In this document: positions 10,941 through 18,885 of the stretch, one piece after another | Layout: each line of letters starts with the position of its first letter | Numbering within the stretch: position 1 is the first letter of the stretch | From: Bythopirellula sp. | GTDB lineage: Bacteria; Planctomycetota; Planctomycetia; Pirellulales; Lacipirellulaceae | Assembly (NCBI GenBank): GCA_965216565.1 | Contig: OZ244170.1 | Location: 384,001 to 448,000, forward strand | DNA: 64,000 nt | Direction of reading: 5' to 3' | The notes under the pieces: model-generated | Told to the model about the DNA's origin: nothing | What the model saw: only the letters and a program-made list of their open reading frames with translations | Databases searched by the model: none | Made by a program: the position numbers and the translations under genes

Positions 10941-11408
10941 ATGACGAAGCTTTTTGTAACTTTGCCTGCTCTGGCTTTGGTTGTTGCCCTTTCCAGTAGC
11001 GCTGTTGCCGACAACGGCATTAACGATGCAACTCTTGCTGACATGGGCCTAGCCGGTGTTGAGCTGATGAACGATGCCGAAGCTATGGAAATCCGTGGCT
11101 TAGGCTACAACGGTGGCCATCAAATGCCACAACCCTCCGGACACGAGAAGCCATGGTCGCTGGCTTTCGGTGTTTCTTACGCTGGAGTTGAAGGTGGCGA
11201 CAGCCACAGTGGCGCTGGTGCCGGAACGCTTGATGGCTTTATTGCCGAAGGCAAGTTCATGGCCTCTGGCGAGCACTACTCGGAAGCTGGCTTGACCAAG
11301 GTTGAGTCGCACGAGCTGCAAGTGAAGGGTCAACCTGCGACTTTGGAAATCAAGACCAAGTCGATCAAGGTCTTCGCTGGTGGTTTCGCAACCGCTTCGA
11401 GCCTCTAA
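10941..11408 (+). CDS. Secreted protein, putative substrate of the Fap-like system (paralogue 2)
   Basis: RBS AGGAG; signal peptide ending AVA; MGLAGVELMNDAEAMEIRG; shares LAFGVS and AGTLDGF with 9941..10366. Confidence 0.9.
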   Translation: MTKLFVTLPALALVVALSSSAVADNGINDATLADMGLAGVELMNDAEAMEIRGLGYNGGHQMPQPSGHEKPWSLAFGVSYAGVEGGDSHSGAGAGTLDGFIAEGKFMASGEHYSEAGLTKVESHELQVKGQPATLEIKTKSIKVFAGGFATASSL

Positions 11409-11466
11409 GGAATAGATCACAGGCAAGTGCCTGATAAATGGTGATCAGGATGATCGCAAAAAAATA

Positions 11467-11503
11467 AAAGCGTCCTGTCGCAATGCGGCAGGACGCTTTT
11501 TTT
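11467..11503 (+). terminator. Rho-independent terminator, probably bidirectional
   Basis: AAAAGCGTCCTG...CAGGACGCTTTT stem with a T run; A run upstream. Confidence 0.85.
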
Positions 11504-11518
11504 CGTGGACCCCAGATA

Positions 11519-11566
11519 AAAAACCCACGGAAGGCCAGAGTTTGGCGGGGGAGGCCTCCCGTGGGT
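11519..11566 (-). terminator. Terminator of the minus-strand barrel gene
   Basis: ACCCACGGAAGGCC...GGCCTCCCGTGGGT stem preceded by an A run on the + strand. Confidence 0.65.
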
Positions 11567-11575
11567 GCGCTAGGT

Positions 11576-13147
11576 TCACCAAGTGAAGCCCGTGGCAACA
11601 GACACACCATACAGGTCGACAATCAGTCCAGGGGCATCTGCCGTTGTACTCACAACGTAGTCGTTCGTATCTCCCCCATCTGTGGTTTGTACTCCGGCAA
11701 AAGAGCCAGAAGCTGCTCCGCCGCTCGAGGCATCCCAATACTGGTATTCGAAGGCAGTCCGGAAGAATGCCTTGGCTGGCAGACAGCGTAGAGCAAAGTC
11801 CCACTGAATACCCGCCTGGAATTCGCCAATAAACAGATCGTCATTGACGCTGGTTCGGGCACCATCGATCGAACCTGCCGATCCACCTGGAACTGATCCA
11901 TCGGTAGGAATGACCGTTACCCCAGCACTTGTTTGGACTTCGCTGTGGTTACAGCCCCACAAAACAGACGAGCGGGCACTGTAGAACCAATGGGCACAAG
12001 AGCAAGGAAACAGTGGTTTGCGACCGTTCAGCCCGAACGTAAGTCCTGTACCATGGGCGCTACGATTTGCTCGGGTGGTTCCTTCGAGGATACCGTCCGT
12101 GGTATCGGTGCGGACGAACGAGCGACCGTAGATCGATTCGTGATGTTCAATCAAAGCATAACGTGCACCGAACGACAGTTGGTTTTTGCAGCCATGCAGG
12201 CAGAAGTTTCGGGTGACTTCCAGGTCAGCATAGTAGGCTTCAAATATGCTGTTTGCATTATAATCGTTGTCGGGATAGAGTTCCCATGGCTGGAGCGAAT
12301 CGAAATCATTCTCTCCTGCTCGCAAGTGGAAATAGCGACCAACGATGCCCCATTTGCAACCTTGAACACCGAGCCAAATTCGTGGAGCGACATAAAAGTC
12401 GTTTAGGTCGGCGTGATCCCAATAGGGACCGAATTGCTGGAGTCCAGTCCGCGTGCCATTTACGAGTTGTTCGAATTCATACGTGACACGTCTGCCATTA
12501 ATATCAGGCGACAAGAAGACTGCCTCAGTTCCTGCAACGATGGTGCAAGGCCGTTTGCAGCAGCGTTGACATGCACAGCCGCCTCCACAACAAGAGTCGC
12601 AAAAACCCTGCGCACAAGCATCGCAGCAACCGGTGGCTCCGCAGTAAAGCGGGTCCTGCCAGGTCGGTTCAGCTCCGCTATCATCCGGGGTTGGACCCAC
12701 GCTAGAGATAGCAGGTTCTTCTGCAGGTAGATCGTAGATCTCCTCGTTGGCTTGGGCACGGATGACTCGCGACGTCCCGATGTTGCCCACCGCAGAAATA
12801 TCATTTCGATAGGCGGATGCCGCTGGTCGGGGAGCGACCGGCGTAGAATGGGTCACACTTGTAACCAGAGGTCGCTGCTGTGGTTTTTCATCCGTCGCAA
12901 CAAAGTTGCCTTTGTCGTCCTGCTCCGTGAGCCAACGGACTGTCGTTGTTTGGGTATCTCCGCTGTTGCGAGTCGACTTGGATTCGAGGGATGCTTGCAT
13001 CCGTTCGAGCTGTGCCGCTTTTTCAGCTAGTTCTGCGGCCAGTTGCGATAGGTCGCCAGTCGATTGACCAGCTGCCCACAAGACGTTGCACCAAGAGGTG
13101 CCGACCATTGCCAAACAAATGGCAGTGATACTAAGTAGCTTCTTCAT
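11576..13147 (-). CDS. Outer-membrane beta-barrel protein (BBP7/Lpg1974-like) with Cys-rich linker
   Basis: Start reassigned to MKKLL; signal peptide, coiled coil, CCxxC cluster, amphipathic strands, YQYW and C-terminal GFTW. Confidence 0.8.
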   Translation of the reverse strand: MKKLLSITAICLAMVGTSWCNVLWAAGQSTGDLSQLAAELAEKAAQLERMQASLESKSTRNSGDTQTTTVRWLTEQDDKGNFVATDEKPQQRPLVTSVTHSTPVAPRPAASAYRNDISAVGNIGTSRVIRAQANEEIYDLPAEEPAISSVGPTPDDSGAEPTWQDPLYCGATGCCDACAQGFCDSCCGGGCACQRCCKRPCTIVAGTEAVFLSPDINGRRVTYEFEQLVNGTRTGLQQFGPYWDHADLNDFYVAPRIWLGVQGCKWGIVGRYFHLRAGENDFDSLQPWELYPDNDYNANSIFEAYYADLEVTRNFCLHGCKNQLSFGARYALIEHHESIYGRSFVRTDTTDGILEGTTRANRSAHGTGLTFGLNGRKPLFPCSCAHWFYSARSSVLWGCNHSEVQTSAGVTVIPTDGSVPGGSAGSIDGARTSVNDDLFIGEFQAGIQWDFALRCLPAKAFFRTAFEYQYWDASSGGAASGSFAGVQTTDGGDTNDYVVSTTADAPGLIVDLYGVSVATGFTW

Positions 13148-13760
13148 CTTAAGATTCCCCCCTGCCGCTGTACCGACAACGCTCGCGAATGCTAAGCGGT
13201 GTACCAACGACAAATTGCCAAAAAGTTCTTAACTGGGTCGAAAAGTTTGAGTCCCTGCTTCTTGCCCGAGATGCCTCAAAGAGATTCGCGAGCAAAAGGC
13301 AAACTTAGTACTCCGCATTCGTTGATCCATAAAAGGAATGCGACTGGCACTAGTCGGGTAACCGCCAATGGTGGACTAATGCAGAGAACAGGATCGACAG
13401 TCAAAACCGATTCGATCGAAGAATTTAGTACCCACTGATACAACCGGTAGAATCGTTAAACTCAACCATGTGTCTCAACGTGCGGAAATAGCGGTATTCG
13501 CGGGGTGGCAGCGCATTCGTGAGTCTTCAGGTGATAGCTCCGATAGCACTTTCTTAGACCGATCTTCCAGTATCCAGGCAGTGATTCTCAAGAGTATGCC
13601 TTAGTTAAGACGATGAATCGCTACAACCGGCATAACACGCAAAGTTTGCCAAATCGTGTCCCGCGGCGGTTGCTGGCCACATTTCGTACTGAATTATCAA
13701 CTAGCGCTGTGCGAAGCACGTTCCAACATGGCCAATACAACAGAGACCAATCGAACGAGC

Positions 13761-15830
13761 ATGAAATTGCAAGTGAGCTCAATAATGAAGCTCGCGTTGA
13801 CACTTTCAATTACGCTCGTGAGTTTCCAAAAGACCGAAGCGGTCGAGAAAAACTCACAAAGCTGGTTTCGCCCATTTGCCTGGCAAGAAAGTCCTGAACC
13901 CGGTCAGGGGTCCGGTATCGAAGCACCTCCGGTAGCCAGGAATCTGAACATTTTTAAATGGTCGAACGATGTCCAGCCGCAAGCTCAGCAGCCATCATCG
14001 GATACAACGCGGACTCAAGGCACACGTCTGCCGACGGTGCAGCAGCCCAGCACAAAACTATTGGCCGGTCTTCCATCTGGTCCGAGCATCCCTGCTGATT
14101 TAGATGCTGAATCGCCAGTGATTGCCACAGATAGCCTGCAACAACCTGGCTCCGTAGCGGTTACTGCTTCGCAGCAGTTCGCCACCATTGCTGAGCCTCA
14201 AGGTTCAGCGTCGAGTGTGTCGGATAACGTGCGTCAAACGGCCGCTTATGGGCAGCAGCCGGTGAATTGGCCTGCAGAGAATGAGCAATCCAATCAGGCA
14301 GCAAATTCATCCGGAAACAACAATCCATTTTCATGGACAAACTCAGGACCTGCAGTGCCTCAAAGTGTGGCACCTCCACAAACGGCTCCCATCATGGAGC
14401 GTAGCCGCCAGCCTTGGGAGTGGTCCAACAATCCTACGGTGCGAGAGAAGCCACAAGAGATTATGCCACCCGATGAACCCTCATTGGGTTCAGCATTGCA
14501 TAATGCCCTAAGCTGGTCTGACCAACCGAATCCAACACCACCAACGGCTGCCGAAAGTGGGCGGCCTCCGGAAGATGCAACCGACGCAGAATTGGTTGAA
14601 TGGGAAAAGCAAAAATATCCTTGGATCCGCCCCTTTTACTGGGCAAATAGCAACCCAGAACTTGGGGTAGAAAACGAAATCGCACCGCGTGACCCCACTC
14701 AAGTAGAAGGTTATGTACCGCTCCTGGCAAAACCGTTCAATTGGGACAATCGCCAGGTGAGCCAGCAGCCTAGGCCGCTCGCAGAAACGCCAAATGGGTT
14801 AACCAGCTATCCTACAACACAGGCTGCCGCATACTTTCAAGACGAGGAATCGCTACCGAATCCACTTGAAGAGCTCAAAATCCCTAGAGACGACGAGGCA
14901 GATCGTAATCAGACAGCGGGCACTGCTAAGGACAATGAGCTCGATGGCGAAAAGAAGGGCACGCTGGCCGAAGCAGAATCGCTTGGTGAAGCACCAGAAG
15001 ATAACAGCTTACAATTCCTCAGGGCCGATACGGTGCTGCTGAAGCCTGGAGACTTTCAGTTCGACTACGGCTTCGCCTATACCAAGTTTGATCGAACAAC
15101 GCCTGTCATTGTGGCTACTGATGCGGGTAACGTGGTCGAACATGCAGAGTTGCGACTGCGTGAACTTCGGGTTCCATTCGAAATTCGCTATGGTCTAGCC
15201 AGACGCGTCCAACTATTCCTGAACGTGCCCTTTGGATGGGTCAATTCAGAATTCAGCTTCCCCGGGTTCGACGAGTTCGAGAACGATGGCGGCATCGGCG
15301 ACATAGTCTTTGGTGGATCGTTTTTGCTAAGAGAAAACGATCCTTGCAACAAGCCTGACGCAATTCTTACGTTCGCTGCAGTGGCACCGACCGGGAATGA
15401 TCCTTTTCCCGCCGTAGGCGCATCGACTGCTGCTCCTTCGCTAGGCAATGGTTTTTGGTCGCTTGCTTCCAATTTGTTGTTCATTAAGAACTACGATCCG
15501 GTCGTGCTGTTCTACGGAGCGGGTACTCGCCAGAACTTCGATACAGAGTTCAACGGACAAGAGTTCCGTGCGGGTGGAGAATACAACTATCAATTTGGCG
15601 TTGGCTTCGGCGTTAACAGCAAAGTCACGTTTAGCACGCGCTTCAACGGTGCCTATGTAACGGAGTCGAGACTCGACGGTCAACGGATCCAAGGTTCAAT
15701 ACAGGAGCCGATGACCCTGGGTCTTGCCATGACCATTGCTAAGAACAAGAAGCTTATCGAGCCGTTCGTCGATTTTGGGCTCACCGACGATGCATCTGAC
15801 GCAAGATTTGGCATTACCTGGACGCGATAG
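13761..15830 (+). CDS. FapF-like outer-membrane transporter with long N-terminal extension
   Basis: C-terminal barrel with GIGD, APTGNDPF, LGNGFWS and KNYDPVVLF, resembling FapF/SphA-family motifs; start uncertain (13656-13785). Confidence 0.8.
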   Translation: MKLQVSSIMKLALTLSITLVSFQKTEAVEKNSQSWFRPFAWQESPEPGQGSGIEAPPVARNLNIFKWSNDVQPQAQQPSSDTTRTQGTRLPTVQQPSTKLLAGLPSGPSIPADLDAESPVIATDSLQQPGSVAVTASQQFATIAEPQGSASSVSDNVRQTAAYGQQPVNWPAENEQSNQAANSSGNNNPFSWTNSGPAVPQSVAPPQTAPIMERSRQPWEWSNNPTVREKPQEIMPPDEPSLGSALHNALSWSDQPNPTPPTAAESGRPPEDATDAELVEWEKQKYPWIRPFYWANSNPELGVENEIAPRDPTQVEGYVPLLAKPFNWDNRQVSQQPRPLAETPNGLTSYPTTQAAAYFQDEESLPNPLEELKIPRDDEADRNQTAGTAKDNELDGEKKGTLAEAESLGEAPEDNSLQFLRADTVLLKPGDFQFDYGFAYTKFDRTTPVIVATDAGNVVEHAELRLRELRVPFEIRYGLARRVQLFLNVPFGWVNSEFSFPGFDEFENDGGIGDIVFGGSFLLRENDPCNKPDAILTFAAVAPTGNDPFPAVGASTAAPSLGNGFWSLASNLLFIKNYDPVVLFYGAGTRQNFDTEFNGQEFRAGGEYNYQFGVGFGVNSKVTFSTRFNGAYVTESRLDGQRIQGSIQEPMTLGLAMTIAKNKKLIEPFVDFGLTDDASDARFGITWTR

Positions 15831-15867
15831 GCTTTCCGAGGCTCCGCTGCTTTGCGGAGGGTGAAAC

Positions 15868-16638
15868 ATGAACGTCAAAATATCTAGTTGCTGTTTACTC
15901 GTGGTCATAGCATTGGGTGCGGCTGCGCCCTGTCACACCTATGCGGAGGGCGATCGTCAGGAGCCCCCTAAAAAGAGCCAGCAAAAGAAACGCGAGCGTC
16001 CGGGCCCACCAGTTCGAGACCGCGAGCATACTTTTGCTAAACGTGTGCGAAACTACCGGGAGCTCAAACGCCAGAACATTGTTATGCAGCAGCGAGATTA
16101 CTCTTGCGGTGCGGCAGCATTGGCCACGATTGCCCACTACTATTGGCGGGACAACGTCGATGAGGAGTTCTTTCTGTCTATACTAGATCACATTCTAACC
16201 CTAGAAGAAGCTAAAGAGCGGGTCGAAAATGGCTTGGCGATGAGCGACCTGCGCCGTGCTGCCGTCGAGGCAGGCTACAAGGCTATTGTGGGTAAGGTTT
16301 CTTTTCAAAAACTCACCGAGTCGAAAGTGCCATTAATCGTGGGCATCACTGTCGACGACTACGATCACTTTGTCGTGTATCGCGGTACTGACGGCATCTA
16401 TGTTTATTTGGCTGATCCAATTCGCGGGAATCTTCGCGTTCGCAGCCATGTGTTCATCAAACAGTGGCAAAAGAATGCAATCTTGGCGATTGCTAAGCCG
16501 GGTGCCAAAGTGAAGGAATATTCCCGTCTGAGCATCACAGGCGACGAGCTATTCCTGGGTCGGCTCAATGATCAGGTTGTGCGGACGGCAGGCGAACGAC
16601 CGATCACGCGTCCCATCTATCGCCCCATCGTACGCTGA
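15868..16638 (+). CDS. FapD-like C39 cysteine peptidase
   Basis: QQRDYSCGAAALATI (Cys), HFVV (His), LADP..GN (Asp); signal peptide. Confidence 0.92.
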   Translation: MNVKISSCCLLVVIALGAAAPCHTYAEGDRQEPPKKSQQKKRERPGPPVRDREHTFAKRVRNYRELKRQNIVMQQRDYSCGAAALATIAHYYWRDNVDEEFFLSILDHILTLEEAKERVENGLAMSDLRRAAVEAGYKAIVGKVSFQKLTESKVPLIVGITVDDYDHFVVYRGTDGIYVYLADPIRGNLRVRSHVFIKQWQKNAILAIAKPGAKVKEYSRLSITGDELFLGRLNDQVVRTAGERPITRPIYRPIVR

Positions 16639-16655
16639 TCGGCGTGGCGTTAGGG

Positions 16656-16868
16656 CTATTCTGATTCGTCTGAGAGTGCTTCCTGGATGATCGACGCGAT
16701 GTCGAACTTGCCACTATTGATAGAATCGAAGACCGATTCGTGCATCGTCTGCGCGTCGTAGTCTTCCAGCTTTGCCAAGATCTTTCTGATCGCTACTGGG
16801 GAGTGGCCTTGCTCGCGCAACCATTCCATCAGTTCTTCATGATTCGGGTCTGGAGTAGACATGGGCAT
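16656..16868 (-). CDS. Small acidic hypothetical protein
   Basis: 70-aa ORF directly downstream of tsaB with protein-like composition. Confidence 0.7.
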   Translation of the reverse strand: MPMSTPDPNHEELMEWLREQGHSPVAIRKILAKLEDYDAQTMHESVFDSINSGKFDIASIIQEALSDESE

Positions 16869-16892
16869 TCATCCGTCAGAGTAAAGTTTGGA

Positions 16893-17600
16893 TTAGGCAA
16901 TCGCATCTGCTTTTTCTTCAGCTGCACTTTTGCGAAAGTAATTGGGCACGAGTTGCATGGGATCGATACCGCCTTGGCTGAGGAAAATCTTTGCTCCAAG
17001 TTTACCGATCGCTCTGGCAGTGGGCGACCATAGTTCGGACTCGGCAATTGTGACGCCACTGGGAATACGATCGGCAAGAGTATTCAGCGGCGGCCCTGTG
17101 ACTAGGTCACCGGGTTGAAGCAAGTCGAGCCACTCGTCGATTTTCAACAAAAGCGTATCTGGCGGAGTGACCATCTCAGACTCGCTTAGGAAAGTATAAC
17201 TGGCAGCAAACAGCTCTTGCCGTTGTGCGTCTAGTATTGCCCACACGCGTTGACTCTTTTTGTGCTCACCCGAGTCCGCAATCTTCATTGCGAGTGCGGA
17301 GAGGCTATGTACACCTACCAATTTCGCAGCGCTGGAATAGGCCAGAGTTTTTGCGGTGATGACACCAATCCTCAATCCAGTGAATGAACCTGGACCCGTG
17401 GCAACGCAGAGAAGATCTACGTTTTCGATGTCCCAGCTGCATTTCTTCAGTAGCGAGGAAATCTGCGGGACGAGGGAACACGCAGTTCGTTCATTTTTCG
17501 GTAACGAGACTTCTTGAACAAGCTCGCAGCAATCTTGCCGGACTGTCAGCGTAGCCAGGCTTCCCCGACGGTCGATGGATTCAATAGCAAGTATCCGCAT
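16893..17600 (-). CDS. tsaB: tRNA t6A biosynthesis protein TsaB
   Basis: MRILAIES, GPGSFTGLRIG, DAQRQE and PNYFRKSAAE motifs. Confidence 0.95.
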   Translation of the reverse strand: MRILAIESIDRRGSLATLTVRQDCCELVQEVSLPKNERTACSLVPQISSLLKKCSWDIENVDLLCVATGPGSFTGLRIGVITAKTLAYSSAAKLVGVHSLSALAMKIADSGEHKKSQRVWAILDAQRQELFAASYTFLSESEMVTPPDTLLLKIDEWLDLLQPGDLVTGPPLNTLADRIPSGVTIAESELWSPTARAIGKLGAKIFLSQGGIDPMQLVPNYFRKSAAEEKADAIA

Positions 17601-17971
17601 GGCAACTTTTTAGTAGATCTGGATCAGCATAGACCAAGTAATTGGGGACGCTTCGTCCGAGTTGAGTCCTGAGTTGCGGGTTTAGCCCGATCGTCCTGCC
17701 GGGCCTCCATTCTCGCTCGTAGAGATGGAATCCGCCACCATTCTCGAACACATTCTTGGCTTGGGCGATCGTAGCAGGAGCAGGGAGGTGCATTCTAACG
17801 AATCGCTGGGCGGATAGAGCGTCCTTGACCGGTCTCTTTTCGGGATTTAGACTAGCCAGTTGGATCGTACAGTCGAGGCCTCTTATTGCTTTTAGGGGTA
17901 ATCGAATTGAGCCCCGTCTCTAAGTCACGATCGCATAACTACAGCCCTTTCAGCGACTGGTTTTTGTTGCA

Positions 17972-18724
17972 GTGCGTCGAGCGATAATTAGTGACATTCA
18001 CGGTAATCATGTAGCCCTCGAGAGCGTGCTTGCGCACATTGCGGACCAAAAGGTCGATGAAGTCTACTGCTTGGGTGACATCATCGGCTATGGACCCAGT
18101 CCGTGCGAATGTCTCGATGCGGTGATCGACAACGCCAAAGTGTGCCTACTGGGCAATCATGACCAGGGTGCAATGTTCGATCCCGAAGGATTCAATAGTG
18201 GTGCTGAACGCGCCATTTTTTGGACTCGCGAACAACTGGAAAACAGTGGTGGTAGCCCAGATAAAATTGATCGCCGCTGGGATTTTCTGGGAACCTTGCC
18301 GCGTGTTCATCGAGAAGACCCTTGGCTGTATGTTCATGGATCACCGCGTAACCCGGTCAACGAGTATGTCTTTCCGGAAGACATTTACAATCAAAAGAAA
18401 ATGGAAAAGCTTTTTGGGTTGATTACCAAGGGCTGTTTCCAAGGGCACACTCATGTGCCGGGCGTGTTTCTTGAGAGCTTGGAATTTATCACACCCGAGC
18501 AGACTCAAAATGTTTTTGAGATCAAAGACGAGCGGTTCATGGTGAATGTGGGTTCCGTAGGCCAGCCTCGGGATGGAGATCCTCGTTCTTGCTATGTCGT
18601 GCAGGAAGACGACAAGATTACGTTCCATCGCGTGGAGTACGATGTGGATGTAACGGCAAATAAAATCTACCAGACTCCCGATCTGGATAATTTCTTAGGA
18701 GACCGTATCAAGGAAGGACGCTAG
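17972..18724 (+). CDS. Metallophosphoesterase family protein
   Basis: [26 protein letters not shown] and [12 protein letters not shown] motifs. Confidence 0.95.
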   Translation: MRRAIISDIHGNHVALESVLAHIADQKVDEVYCLGDIIGYGPSPCECLDAVIDNAKVCLLGNHDQGAMFDPEGFNSGAERAIFWTREQLENSGGSPDKIDRRWDFLGTLPRVHREDPWLYVHGSPRNPVNEYVFPEDIYNQKKMEKLFGLITKGCFQGHTHVPGVFLESLEFITPEQTQNVFEIKDERFMVNVGSVGQPRDGDPRSCYVVQEDDKITFHRVEYDVDVTANKIYQTPDLDNFLGDRIKEGR

Positions 18725-18885
18725 CCGATAGCGTGAGTCGCCTCCTGTGATGCAGTTGGCGGCTGGGGTCTCAGACAATCTGCCAATTCTACTGGTAGCC
18801 TCAACCCACCCCCCTCCCAGATTGTTGCTCTACCAGTGTAAAATATTTCTTTCTTTCCTCAGTCTTTTTTGCGAGAGCGTCCCAC

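Noticed and set aside
9941..11408. Calling the secreted paralogues FapB/FapC or double-glycine bacteriocins
   Set aside because: No Asn/Gln amyloid repeats; Sec signal peptides are present and there is no peptidase-ABC exporter
17600..17800. Structured-looking region and 70-aa ORF upstream of tsaB
   Set aside because: Some hairpins, but no RNA family could be recognised and the ORF has no motif
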